Assembly (NCBI GenBank): GCA_023898585.1
Contig: CP060229.1
Location: 314,709 to 378,708 of the forward strand
Direction of reading: 5' to 3'
DNA length: 64,000 nt
Origin: Candidatus Nomurabacteria bacterium
GTDB lineage: Bacteria; Patescibacteriota; Minisyncoccia; Phycocordibacterales; UBA918
The first letter of the stretch is position 1; the number at the start of each line of letters is the position of its first letter. The translations under genes were made by a program, and so were the position numbers. Positions 27,685 to 38,028 of the stretch are shown here, one piece after another. The notes beneath the pieces were generated by a model, which was given only the letters and a program-made list of their open reading frames with translations, was not told the DNA's origin and did no database searches.

Positions 27685-28656
27685 ATGAGGGCGTTTATAT
27701 TATCTTGCTTAGTAACCTTTCTTTTAATATCCAATCCGACTTTGGCTCAGTTTGACAGCAACTCAATCGGTGCCACCGAACTCGCGATCGAACTGCAACC
27801 GGAATTCCCTCGTCCGGGCGAAGAAGTGATCGCCACTTTGAACGATTATCGGGGTGGGACCTACGGTTCTTCGATTACTTGGGTTTTGGACGGCAAAGAA
27901 ATTCCCGACGCGAAAAACCAAAGACAAACCATCATCACCGCCGGTCCGAGCGGTAAAGTGCAAACCATCGAGATCGTGCTGTCAAAACCGGACGGGGGAC
28001 GAGAAGTGATCAGCAATACTCTCAAACCCTACTACCTCGACGTCATAATAGAACCCCAAACCAGAACGCCGGACTTTTATCTCGGCCGGTCTCTGCCTAG
28101 TATTGGTAGTATTGTAAACGCGACCGCTCTTGTGAGTGGCGTTAATGGATTTCTCGACACCGATCTTATCTACACCTGGAGACTGGGACGAACCGTGTTT
28201 GAAGGCGGGCCTCTTAGAGGTCGTAACAAAATTTCCTTCGAAACCCCGATGGGAAAGGAGATGATTCTTTCGGTCGAAGTAACGAAGCCGGACGGAGAAA
28301 TAATCGCCAGCCGAGCGATGTTTGTGGCTTCGGTCGAACCGGAAATCTATTTTTATGAGGTGAGTACTCTTTTTGGTATTAAGCCGATTCCGGTTGATGA
28401 AAATATTTCACTTATCGGAAATAGTCTCATCATTCGAGCCGAGCCGTATAACCTTGATTCTCGGGTCTTTAATAATCCTGACGTAAGTGAGTGGCAAATA
28501 GACCGTATCACATCAAACAATACCGGAAGCAATCCCTATGAAGTGACACTGAAAAGAAATGACAGCGGATCCGGGTTGTCCGAACTCCAATTTCACGTCA
28601 GAGACTTGAAGCAAATATTACAAGGCGCTAAAGGGGGAACAAGAATAAACTATTAG
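27685..28656 (+). CDS. Hypothetical secreted protein (signal peptide)
   Basis: ORF with cleavable N-terminal signal. Confidence 0.45.
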   Translation: MRAFILSCLVTFLLISNPTLAQFDSNSIGATELAIELQPEFPRPGEEVIATLNDYRGGTYGSSITWVLDGKEIPDAKNQRQTIITAGPSGKVQTIEIVLSKPDGGREVISNTLKPYYLDVIIEPQTRTPDFYLGRSLPSIGSIVNATALVSGVNGFLDTDLIYTWRLGRTVFEGGPLRGRNKISFETPMGKEMILSVEVTKPDGEIIASRAMFVASVEPEIYFYEVSTLFGIKPIPVDENISLIGNSLIIRAEPYNLDSRVFNNPDVSEWQIDRITSNNTGSNPYEVTLKRNDSGSGLSELQFHVRDLKQILQGAKGGTRINY

Positions 28657-28660
28657 TCCT

Positions 28661-29863
28661 ATGAAACGTCCAGTCTTTATCATTATCGGCGCGATTCTAG
28701 TCTTAGTGTTGTTGGTGATTTGGGTATACATGCTTTTCTTCAATAAGCCGAGTGGTGGGGAAGATGAATTCGCCAATCTGAACTTTAACAACACCAACGA
28801 CCCAACCGCTATAGTCGATCAGCCTGAAAACAACGAACCGACAGTTGACGTAATGGGGAAGGAAAGATTGCGACAATTAACAACCAAACCAACCGCCGGC
28901 TACAGGGAAGTACAACGCACACCAAGCTCAACCCCCGAACTGCTCTACATAGAATCCGGTACCGGACACATCTTCTCCATTGATTTAGCGTCTGGGGAAG
29001 AGAAACGTATTTCAGCGACCACAATTCCCTTGAGCACTAAGGGAGAGATAACTCCTGATGGAAAATTCGTTATGATTCAATCAGGCTTTGGCGCCGGTAG
29101 CGAATTCGTCGTCGGGGAAATAAACCCTTCCGATAACACACTTTCCAATAAAGGTTTGAATGAACAGATTGTGAGCTTTTCCGCCACCGACAATAATACT
29201 TTCTTATACTCCATCCAAACCATCGACTCGGTGATTGCGAAAGAATATGATCCACTTAAAGAAACCCAAAAAACACTGTTCGTTGCTCCTTTCAGAGAAG
29301 CGCTGATTGACTGGGGAGACAGCGCTTCTGCTGTGCATTATTTTTACCCTAAAGCGACTAGTAAATTGGAAGGGTTTTTGTATAAAGTCGAAAATGGAAA
29401 AATCTCCAGACTGCCGATTGACGGCTACGGATTGTCAGCTGAGGGCGGTGGCGCTAATGTGATATACAGCAAAGATATGGTTGGTAAATACCAAACCTAT
29501 GTCTACAACCAAGAAAACAACGTGTCTGCTCAATCGCCGGTTAGAGTGATTCCGGAAAAATGCGCGACCGCCAACACCAACACCAGCAAAATATTCTGTG
29601 CCTCCTCAGACAACATAAAAGAGTCGGACTTACCTGATCTTTGGTACAAAGGAAAAGTAACTTACGCCGATGATCTATGGCGAGCGGACACCGATTCCGG
29701 TGGAATGGCATATTTGTTTAACGTGAAGTCTGGGAGTGGGCGTGAGTTGGATATGGTAAATCTAGTGACCAACAAAGACGACAGTAATTTATATTTCACC
29801 AATAAAACCGACGGTTTTTTGTGGATGTTTGAGTTGATTCCGGCTGATGAAAACAGGCAATAA
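28661..29863 (+). CDS. Hypothetical membrane-anchored extracytoplasmic protein
   Basis: N-terminal TM helix; beta-rich composition. Confidence 0.45.
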   Translation: MKRPVFIIIGAILVLVLLVIWVYMLFFNKPSGGEDEFANLNFNNTNDPTAIVDQPENNEPTVDVMGKERLRQLTTKPTAGYREVQRTPSSTPELLYIESGTGHIFSIDLASGEEKRISATTIPLSTKGEITPDGKFVMIQSGFGAGSEFVVGEINPSDNTLSNKGLNEQIVSFSATDNNTFLYSIQTIDSVIAKEYDPLKETQKTLFVAPFREALIDWGDSASAVHYFYPKATSKLEGFLYKVENGKISRLPIDGYGLSAEGGGANVIYSKDMVGKYQTYVYNQENNVSAQSPVRVIPEKCATANTNTSKIFCASSDNIKESDLPDLWYKGKVTYADDLWRADTDSGGMAYLFNVKSGSGRELDMVNLVTNKDDSNLYFTNKTDGFLWMFELIPADENRQ

Positions 29864-29891
29864 GGTAATATGTTTATAGTAAGATAATAAT

Positions 29892-30704
29892 ATGAAATAT
29901 TTCGCCATCTTTGCACTACTCCTACTACCGATTCTTTCCTTCGGGGCTCAGTACCAGCCTTTGGTTGGCATACCAAACGTAGATCCAAACGCTGATTTTA
30001 GTGGCTACATAGAATCCCTTTATATAATGTCGATCAGTATTGCCGGACTGTTGGCGGTTTTCAAGATAATTATCGCGGGTATAAAGTGGATGATGACGGA
30101 CATCGTCACCTCCAAAAGTGAGGCAAAAAAAGACATTCAGGGGGCTTTGATCGGTTTGTTGGTTGTGCTCGGCGCTGTGTTGATTTTGACGGTTATCAAC
30201 CCCGATCTGGTTAAGGTTGATTTAAGACTTGACCCGGCTCCAACTCCGACCCTGCAAAAATCACGTGATACTGAATACTATGCGTTGTTGGAAGAAGACA
30301 TGAAGTATGTTATACCAAGTAATGTGCCTGAAGCTAAAGCAAAAGAACTTTGTCTTTCTAGAAGCGAGACTCTTTGTGAAGAGAATAGGAAGATAGGTTG
30401 TTATGAAGGTGAGTACTATCAGACGAACGATGAGAAAGTTTGTGTCATCAGGGAGAATAATCTCGTCAAAGGTGGTGAGGAGTTTGATTGTGAATGGATA
30501 AGTAGTGAGCCACAACCTTTACAGTGTAGTTTTTCAACTATTTTTGATTGGGACAACTCTTGTAGTGTAATAAGCTGGGATCTTTTCAATGAAGGGTGGG
30601 ATTGTAGCGCCGCTCAAGCAAAATGTAGTGGAGCTGGTTTAGATTATGACACTGATTATGTTTATTCTGGTTCAGTACGCCAAGTAGAATGTGAGTGGCC
30701 TTGA
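29892..30704 (+). CDS. VirB2/TrbC-like pilin-type protein fused to a Cys-rich (12 Cys) C-terminal domain
   Basis: Signal peptide followed by two hydrophobic helices separated by a short charged loop, the VirB2/TrbC pilin architecture; then ~150 aa with 12 Cys. Confidence 0.45.
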   Translation: MKYFAIFALLLLPILSFGAQYQPLVGIPNVDPNADFSGYIESLYIMSISIAGLLAVFKIIIAGIKWMMTDIVTSKSEAKKDIQGALIGLLVVLGAVLILTVINPDLVKVDLRLDPAPTPTLQKSRDTEYYALLEEDMKYVIPSNVPEAKAKELCLSRSETLCEENRKIGCYEGEYYQTNDEKVCVIRENNLVKGGEEFDCEWISSEPQPLQCSFSTIFDWDNSCSVISWDLFNEGWDCSAAQAKCSGAGLDYDTDYVYSGSVRQVECEWP

Positions 30705-30789
30705 TGAATAACATTTTGATAAAAAGAACATCTGATTTCTCGGAGTTTTTAGGGGAATAGTAGTTGGCAGAACTAACCACCACCCCAAT

Positions 30790-31518
30790 TTACCGATGCT
30801 TCCTTACAAAATACTCCTGAGCGATGGAGGTAAGATTGCTGACCAAGAAATAAAGCGCGATGGCGGCCGAGATGGAGTAGGCGACTATAGTAATAAGAAC
30901 CGGCATCACGTAGCGCATTTGTGTTTGCATGTTGCGCATAAAGTCATCCTTCATATTTGGCTCGGCTCCGGCTTCTTTTGGAGGCAGTTTGGGCATGGTT
31001 AAATTCACATGAATATACTGCGTGATGCCGGCTCCGAGCGCCAACAAAACACTTTTTTCCGTAATGTCTATCAGACCGAGAAAATTCATCGTGACAATGC
31101 TTGGTTCGGCAATAAAAGAATATAGTAGACTAAGGTTTACCTCCGGCAAGGCCACCCCACCACCACTATAAACCGAGAAGTAAAGCGCGATAATGAACGG
31201 GATTTGTAGAAAAATAAGCAAAATACTGGCAAAGGGATTCATGCCCGATTCACGATAAAGAGCCATCATGGCTTCCGCTTGCATTTGTTTGTTGTCTTTG
31301 TGTTTTTCTTTTATAGCTTTGAGTTGGGGCTCAATCTCACGCATTATTTTTTGCGTTTTGGCGGCTTTTATGGAGATAGGCAAAAGAATCATCTTAACCA
31401 CTAAAACAGTGGCGATGATAGCCAAGCCGATGTCACCACCGGGAATAACATCAATAAAAAATACCAGTGCGTTGTAGACTGGGTCGAAGAAGAACGTGTG
31501 CCAAATATTACTCCACAT
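30790..31518 (-). CDS. yidC: Membrane protein insertase YidC/Oxa1 family (short form)
   Basis: 5-TM core with conserved hydrophilic groove residues; position downstream of rnpA. Confidence 0.85.
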   Translation of the reverse strand: MWSNIWHTFFFDPVYNALVFFIDVIPGGDIGLAIIATVLVVKMILLPISIKAAKTQKIMREIEPQLKAIKEKHKDNKQMQAEAMMALYRESGMNPFASILLIFLQIPFIIALYFSVYSGGGVALPEVNLSLLYSFIAEPSIVTMNFLGLIDITEKSVLLALGAGITQYIHVNLTMPKLPPKEAGAEPNMKDDFMRNMQTQMRYVMPVLITIVAYSISAAIALYFLVSNLTSIAQEYFVRKHR

Positions 31519-31562
31519 AAAAAATATTAACTCAGGACTAAATTTAAAATTTCCACACCATT

Positions 31563-31895
31563 CTACGTGCTTTTCAGAGCTTCGGCAATTGACTCCTTGA
31601 GTAAATTATCCGCCACTTTCCGAGAAAGGGAATTGAACTGGGTTTTTAGAATCACGATCACGAGCCCTTGATAACCTTTGGTCACCAACACCTCTCGGAG
31701 CGAAGCTACAACTCTTCTTTTTAGCGTGTTTCTCCGCACCGCACTTTTGGCCACTTTCTTCCCAACCACTACCGCCACCTTGCGGGTGGGAAGTGGTTTG
31801 GTAATTATGGTCATGGTTGGGAAGTGGTGTTTTTTACCGGTACGAAAATGTTCAGAAAATTCGTAGTGGGTTAAACGTTCGTTTTTCTTAAACAT
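31563..31895 (-). CDS. rnpA: Ribonuclease P protein component
   Basis: 110 aa basic protein with RNR-type motif KSAVRRNTLKRRV; lies between rpmH and yidC. Confidence 0.85.
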   Translation of the reverse strand: MFKKNERLTHYEFSEHFRTGKKHHFPTMTIITKPLPTRKVAVVVGKKVAKSAVRRNTLKRRVVASLREVLVTKGYQGLVIVILKTQFNSLSRKVADNLLKESIAEALKST

Positions 31896-31939
31896 AAAAT
31901 ACCTCCTGAGATTATATACAATATAATTACAAAAAAGCC

Positions 31940-32089
31940 CTATTGGGCTTTTTTGACTGTTAGTCTTGCACGTCCTTTTTGTCGGCGAGCTTGTAACACT
32001 TTTTTTCCGGCGGTGGTAGCTGATCGCACCAAAAAACCATGGGTGGTGGCGCGCTTTCTCTTACTTGGTTGATAAGTTCGTTTTGACAT
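31940..32089 (-). CDS. rpmH: 50S ribosomal protein L34 (not in the ORF track)
   Basis: Manual translation: [49 protein letters not shown], the canonical L34 sequence. Confidence 0.85.
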   Translation of the reverse strand: MSKRTYQPSKRKRATTHGFLVRSATTAGKKVLQARRQKGRARLTVKKAQ

Positions 32090-32303
32090 ATTTCTACAGA
32101 ATTAATACTCGGCCACTATACAGGATTACATAAATAATTCAATAGGAGCGCCATGTTCCCACGGTTTTGGTTTGGCTATTCACAGATTATACACAGTTGC
32201 ATTTCTAGATCGTAAAAATTGTGTTTTGACACGCAATTTTTTGATAAAAGATTTACAGTTTCCACACCACAGGTATAATGCAATTCACTGATCGATTTTT
32301 AGT

Positions 32304-33689
32304 ATGAATTCAATTTCTCATTCATCCTCAATAAACAGCATTGTTCATACTGAACAAGTAGATGTTAAGCAATTGTGGGATGACGCTTTGGTTAAAATCG
32401 AACTCTCCATCACCACCGCCAATTTTAAAACTTGGTTTAGAGACACCTATATCATTTCACTCGAAGACGGGACAGCCACCATCGGTGTGCCCAGTGTTTT
32501 TGTTAAGGATTGGCTTCAGGACAAATTCCAAACCATGATCCTTAAAACCCTACGCGACCTTACCCCACACGTGCGTAGCGTGGAATACGCTGTGGCGCAA
32601 AGAAATGACCGAAAGCAAGAATCGAACAAAAACCAAACAGTAAACGCGGCGTTGCCTTTGGAGGACTACTATATAAACAAGAGTGATAATCTTAATCCTA
32701 AATATTCCTTCGACACTTTCGTAGTCGGCCCTTACAATGCTCTCGCTCACGCAGCCGCAAAGACAGTGAGTGAAAAACCCGGCATAACCTACAACCCGTT
32801 ATTTATCTACGGAAAAACCGGACACGGTAAAACTCACCTCATCCAAGCTGTCGGTAACCAAATCAAAAAAACCGGGAAGAAGGTTTTTTACGTCACCAGC
32901 GAGCGTTTTGCTGTCGATTATTTCAACTCTCTCCAGAGTGGAAGTGCAAACAGTTTTAAAGATCGCTATCGTCAGTACGATGTGTTGGTAATGGATGATG
33001 TACAATTTTTAGCCTCTAAAGAAAAAACACAGGAAGAATTGTTCCATTTATTTAACGCCCTACATGACAACAACAAACAAATTGTTTTTTCAAGTGACCA
33101 ACACCCGGCTTTATTAAACGGGATGGAAGAAAGACTGCAGTCGCGATTCTCTCAAGGTATGATTGTGGACTTACCAGCCCCCGATCTTGAGTCGCGGGCC
33201 GCGATTTTACGAGCAAAATCAGCCCAAAACAGTATCACTTTGAGTGACGATGTGGTTGATCACTTAGCGCACAGCATAGAGGGTAATGTTCGTGAATTGG
33301 AGGGTGCTTTAAATACTATTATGTGCCAATCACAATTACTTGGTCGGACTCTTTCGATTGATGAGGTGAGAACTATTATTAAAAACAGTTCTCGACCGAG
33401 AAAGACGTTAGCAATTACTGATGTGGTGGAAAAGGTGGCTAGGTATTACGATATCGACCAAGCCAGCATCTACGAAAAAACTCGCCGTAAAGAGGTAGTG
33501 AAGCCGAGGCAGATTATCATGTATATTCTAAGGGAGGATTTTCAAGTTTCTTATCCCGCCATTGGTAAAAAACTTGGTGGTAGAGACCATACAACCGTTA
33601 TCCATTCTTGTGAAAAAATAAAGACGGAGATAAAAAGAGACGGGGAATTAGAAGAAGAAATCACCCAAGTTCGATTACTTCTTAAGTAA
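32304..33689 (+). CDS. dnaA: Chromosomal replication initiator protein DnaA
   Basis: AAA+ Walker A GKTGHGKTHL, sensor motifs, C-terminal DNA-binding HTH (HTTVIHSCEKI); DnaA-box-like sequences upstream (TTTCCACAC at ~32254). Confidence 0.95.
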   Translation: MNSISHSSSINSIVHTEQVDVKQLWDDALVKIELSITTANFKTWFRDTYIISLEDGTATIGVPSVFVKDWLQDKFQTMILKTLRDLTPHVRSVEYAVAQRNDRKQESNKNQTVNAALPLEDYYINKSDNLNPKYSFDTFVVGPYNALAHAAAKTVSEKPGITYNPLFIYGKTGHGKTHLIQAVGNQIKKTGKKVFYVTSERFAVDYFNSLQSGSANSFKDRYRQYDVLVMDDVQFLASKEKTQEELFHLFNALHDNNKQIVFSSDQHPALLNGMEERLQSRFSQGMIVDLPAPDLESRAAILRAKSAQNSITLSDDVVDHLAHSIEGNVRELEGALNTIMCQSQLLGRTLSIDEVRTIIKNSSRPRKTLAITDVVEKVARYYDIDQASIYEKTRRKEVVKPRQIIMYILREDFQVSYPAIGKKLGGRDHTTVIHSCEKIKTEIKRDGELEEEITQVRLLLK

Positions 33690-33699
33690 AAAAAAACCG

Positions 33700-34052
33700 G
33701 TCTAAAGACCGGTTTTTTAAATGGGATTTAGTTCAATTCAAGTTTTTATTTTACAGAGTGTAAACTTGTAGATAAGATGAGGAATACCTGTTGTTTATTT
33801 TCAATTAAACTGTCAATAGCTTTAGATAACTGGTAGTAAAACTCGACCAAAAACTATTTTTATCCACAGTAAAAATTTTATTTACTAATAAATATTAGTT
33901 AAAACCACATTCTTCCACAATAGTATTTAGTTAAATCCACAGCTATAGTAAATAGATGATGGTTATAAAACATAGACAACAGACCATAGATTCCACTTTT
34001 GCACACTTCCACACCCTTAATAATAAAGAGTAAAATAGATTAAAATAAAAAT
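33700..34052. other. Candidate oriC: DnaA-box cluster plus AT-rich unwinding region between dnaA and dnaN
   Basis: Perfect TTATCCACA at 33860-33868 plus several 1-2-mismatch boxes (AAATCCACA, TCTTCCACA, CTTCCACAC) and long A/T tracts. Confidence 0.6.
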
Positions 34053-35147
34053 ATGGAGATAACTATTCCACACGACCAACTAACAAGGGCTCTTGAGTTG
34101 ATGAGTCGAGTAAGTACAAAACATGTCACCTTGCCGGTGTTGCAGTGTGTACGAATGGAAGCGAAAGGGAATGAAATAAAAATCCAAGCCACTAATTTGG
34201 AAATAAACATGGAAGTTCCAATTGTCGGGGAAGTGGCTGAGGAAGGTGTGGTTGCTGTGCCGGCGCAAATTTTTTTACAAAGTATCCAATTTATTTCTCA
34301 AAAAAATATTACCTTAAGAACGGAAGATCAAGTCCTACAGCTTGAAACCGAAACTACAAACACTTCTATTAAAACTATGAACGCTGAGGAGTTTCCAAAT
34401 CTTAAACAACTACAAGGGGAAGAGTTTAGGATACAAAGTTCAACTTTCGCTTATGGGATTAAAAGCGTGGCATTTTCAGCCTCTCAGACTTCAATTAAAC
34501 CTGAGTTGGGTAGTGTTTTTATTCAACAAAAAAAAGAACACTCATTAACTTTTGTGGCCACCGACTCTTTTCGTTTGATGGAAAAAACCATTCCACAAAA
34601 AGGTTTGGTATTTGAGCAGTCTATTATGATTCCGCAAAAAAACGCAGTAGAATTAGCTCGAGTTTGTGATGTTTTTGATGAAGAACCAGTATTTGTGACT
34701 AATGAAAATCAATGTGCTTTAAAGTTTCCTGACGGAACTTACGTCTCCTCTCGTTTAACCACTGGTAGTTTTCCAGATTATGCTCAAATAATACCGAAAG
34801 AATTTATTACCCACGTTACAGTTTTAAAAGAAGATTTATTACGGTCGTTTAAAAAAACCAATATTTTCTTAAACAAATTCAGACAAGTTTCATTAATGGT
34901 GACCGACAATAGTTTAACGATCTCTTCTCAAAATAACGATGTGGGCCACACTACAGACACGTTAAAAGCACAGTCTGAGGGAGAAGATTTAACTCTCAAT
35001 TTTAATCAACAATACATCATGGACCCTCTAGTACATATACACGACGAATCGGTAAAGTTGAGTTTTGCTGGTATTGGAAGAGCAATGGTGATGCAGGGAG
35101 TTACAGATAAAACATTCAGGTATTTGGTGATGCCTATGAATAAGTAG
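34053..35147 (+). CDS. dnaN: DNA polymerase III beta sliding clamp
   Basis: 364 aa, three-domain clamp pattern; immediately downstream of dnaA. Confidence 0.9.
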   Translation: MEITIPHDQLTRALELMSRVSTKHVTLPVLQCVRMEAKGNEIKIQATNLEINMEVPIVGEVAEEGVVAVPAQIFLQSIQFISQKNITLRTEDQVLQLETETTNTSIKTMNAEEFPNLKQLQGEEFRIQSSTFAYGIKSVAFSASQTSIKPELGSVFIQQKKEHSLTFVATDSFRLMEKTIPQKGLVFEQSIMIPQKNAVELARVCDVFDEEPVFVTNENQCALKFPDGTYVSSRLTTGSFPDYAQIIPKEFITHVTVLKEDLLRSFKKTNIFLNKFRQVSLMVTDNSLTISSQNNDVGHTTDTLKAQSEGEDLTLNFNQQYIMDPLVHIHDESVKLSFAGIGRAMVMQGVTDKTFRYLVMPMNK

Positions 35148-35150
35148 TTT

Positions 35151-35450
35151 ATGGTGGAAGATTATCACGTCCCTAAAAAAATGAAGAGAGTGGGGGATTT
35201 GTTTGAAAAATACCGTTTAAATATAAAAGCACCGCAGGCAACAGTTAAAAAAGCTTGTGTTGAAGCGATAAAAGAAGTGTCTGGTTTTGATATTAAGCCG
35301 GAACAAATTAACTATGTTGTGAGTACTGGTGTGATTTCTCTACAAATTCCCAGTGTTCTAAAATCAGAGTTACGTTTTCATCAGGACACAATAATAAAAA
35401 CCTTGTCGGAAAAATTAAGTGGTGGCGTTGCACCTAAAACTATTCTTTAA
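35151..35450 (+). CDS. Hypothetical small protein downstream of dnaN (position typical of the DUF721/S4-like genes found there)
   Basis: ORF only; the family assignment is positional speculation. Confidence 0.3.
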   Translation: MVEDYHVPKKMKRVGDLFEKYRLNIKAPQATVKKACVEAIKEVSGFDIKPEQINYVVSTGVISLQIPSVLKSELRFHQDTIIKTLSEKLSGGVAPKTIL

Positions 35451-35487
35451 AAACCTGTATTTTCTATATTTCAGTGAAAGGCCGGCT

Positions 35488-37764
35488 TTAATCACCTTCT
35501 TCATTTGTTTCACTTTCTTCCTCTCCTACACCTCCTGTCTTTCCAGTGTTTAAAAGTAAACCAAAAGTCTCTTCGTTCCACTTCTGTACCCCATATTCCC
35601 AATTCTCGTACTGTGGGTCATTGGCTGGGTTCGTAGGATACCCACCTTGCGGATTGTTTCTGTCTACGAAATGTAGGATGGAATGAATGTTTTTATAAAC
35701 CGTAGCGATGTCAATTTTAGGTGAATCAGAAGTATTTGCTTCGTTTCCGTTATCATTTTCTTCATTAGTACTATTTTGGTTTTTCATCGCTTCAAGTAAA
35801 AGTGTGGTGTCTATGTACTCTCCTCGGATTATCGGTTTGACACCGGCTGTGTTTATCTGTGGTTGAGGAAAAGATTCCTGAGGAAGTTTCTTTAAGGCGA
35901 TGTCCATAAATTCACGCCACATCGGAGTGGTGATGAGTCCCGACAAACCACCACCCATTGCTTCATTATTATTATTACCACACCAAGCACCAACAGCTAT
36001 ATTTGGGGCATATCCCATAATCCAAGCGTCGCGTAGATTGTTGGTACTACCGGATTTAGCAGCTACATCACGGTTCGGAAAGTTGATCAGTGAATTTGAC
36101 CCCCAAAGTGGTGTTCTCGCAACATTATCAGAAAGAACATCGCTTATCATATAAGCAACATTGGCTTCCAAGACGCGGGAGGAAATAACTTCGGTTTCCT
36201 CGATAACATTACCTCGACTATCCTCTATTTTTAAGATTGACCTCGGTTGTGCTTTTACTCCACCGTTAGCAAAAACCCCATAAGCGTATGTCATATCCAA
36301 AAGTCGCACTTCTCCACCACCGAGCACTAAGGTAAGGCCATAACGGTCAGGGTCGTTTAGAGTGGTTAGGCCCATATCAGCGGCAAACTTCAATGTGTCC
36401 TTCAAGTCAGCCAAATAAAGGGTTTTTACTGCTGGAATATTTAGTGATTGCGCCAGGGCGTTTCTCATGCTGATTGGGCCGACGAATTTGTGGTTGTAGT
36501 TGTTGGGAGCGTAACAAGGGGATTCCGAACTACGACTCCACGGTTCACATTGGGGTGAGAATTGGGTTGGAACGTCAAAAAGTATGGTGGCTGGCAGATA
36601 ACCTTTTTTAAAAGCGGAAGCATAAACAAACGGTTTGATAGATGAGCCTGGTTGCCTTGAAGACAGAGTGATATTGAAATTACCTTCAATTTCTTCACTG
36701 AAATAATCTTTTGACCCAACCATAACGAGCAAATCACCGGTTTTAGGGTCGGTCGCTATCAGTCCAGCGTTTGAGGCGTTAAAACGTACTGTGTTGGAAG
36801 CGGCTTTTTGTGCCACGATACGTTCCGCTTCTTTTTGCAGATCCCAATCAAGAGTGGTGATAACTCTAAAACCTTGCTCCGCCATAGCTTCTTCCCCAAA
36901 ACGCTCCGCTAGTTGCTCCACCACGTACATAACAAAATGAGGAGCTCTTATCCCAGTTACCGCCTGAGGCTGGAATTCGACAACTACCCCTTTAGCTTCT
37001 TCGTATTCATCAACGGTAATAAATCCATTCAAGCGCATTCTCTCCAAAACCAATTTCTGTCGATTGTCCAAACTTTCACGATTGTTGCCGTAAGGCGACA
37101 GTCTGGTTGGGGCCTGAGGGATAGCCGCTAAATAAGCGGCTTCGGGAAGGGTTAATTCACTGGCGCTTTTTCCAAAGAAAGCACGAGAAGCTTCTTCCAC
37201 CCCGTAAATAGTTCCTCCGTATGGCGACTCATTTAAGTAGATTTCCAAAATCTTATCTTTTTCCAAAACTCGCTCCAGTTTAATGGACAAAATAGCTTCC
37301 TTTACTTTCCGACTGAGTTTTTTATCTTTCTGTAGAACGGAATTTTTGATCACTTGTTGAGTTATGGTTGAGCCACCTTGTCCACCCAAAAGATCACCTT
37401 CAGTAAAATTGGAGATCGCGGCTCTTATAATCGCTTTTACATCAATACCGATGTGATTGTAGAACTGATCGTCCTCGATTGCCACCGTAGCGTTTTTAAT
37501 ATGCCGGGACATTTCCGCGAAAGGAATAATAGTCCTCTTCACATCTTGGTTTAAATCGTAAAGCAAAATCTCTCCGGTACGGTCAAAAATTTTAGTTGAT
37601 TGGAGAACCCTTCTTTCTTCAAAAGCAGATAGATCAGGAATCTCTAAAGTGGAAATCCAAACCAAAAGCACAGCCGATAGAACAATAAAAGAAGCCAAAC
37701 CGAAAATAAAAATGTCGATCAACATTTCTTTCCAATTCTTTTTAAACCACGAACGGATCTTCAT
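35488..37764 (-). CDS. Bifunctional penicillin-binding protein 1A (glycosyltransferase GT51 + transpeptidase)
   Basis: N-terminal TM, GT51 motifs EDDQFYNHIGID / GGSTITQQ, transpeptidase SxxK (GSSIKP) and KSG(S/T) motifs. Confidence 0.9.
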   Translation of the reverse strand: MKIRSWFKKNWKEMLIDIFIFGLASFIVLSAVLLVWISTLEIPDLSAFEERRVLQSTKIFDRTGEILLYDLNQDVKRTIIPFAEMSRHIKNATVAIEDDQFYNHIGIDVKAIIRAAISNFTEGDLLGGQGGSTITQQVIKNSVLQKDKKLSRKVKEAILSIKLERVLEKDKILEIYLNESPYGGTIYGVEEASRAFFGKSASELTLPEAAYLAAIPQAPTRLSPYGNNRESLDNRQKLVLERMRLNGFITVDEYEEAKGVVVEFQPQAVTGIRAPHFVMYVVEQLAERFGEEAMAEQGFRVITTLDWDLQKEAERIVAQKAASNTVRFNASNAGLIATDPKTGDLLVMVGSKDYFSEEIEGNFNITLSSRQPGSSIKPFVYASAFKKGYLPATILFDVPTQFSPQCEPWSRSSESPCYAPNNYNHKFVGPISMRNALAQSLNIPAVKTLYLADLKDTLKFAADMGLTTLNDPDRYGLTLVLGGGEVRLLDMTYAYGVFANGGVKAQPRSILKIEDSRGNVIEETEVISSRVLEANVAYMISDVLSDNVARTPLWGSNSLINFPNRDVAAKSGSTNNLRDAWIMGYAPNIAVGAWCGNNNNEAMGGGLSGLITTPMWREFMDIALKKLPQESFPQPQINTAGVKPIIRGEYIDTTLLLEAMKNQNSTNEENDNGNEANTSDSPKIDIATVYKNIHSILHFVDRNNPQGGYPTNPANDPQYENWEYGVQKWNEETFGLLLNTGKTGGVGEEESETNEEGD

Positions 37765-38028
37765 AATATATAGTTATATAGTAGTTATCGGAGCCTGTCC
37801 AAAGAAACAAACCGTAGCAGGATGTAAGACATTCAATTTATACAATTTGACACACCTATTAAGAATAGCCATATTTTTCATTATATATCGACGAAACCAA
37901 AAAACCTATAAATAACTTCTGACTCAAAAACAACCAACTATCCCGGATAAAAAACTGGTTGTATGAGACAAGCTTCATAACTATTGTCTAGACGAATTAA
38001 TACGATTGTGTGATAGAGTTATTTCATT

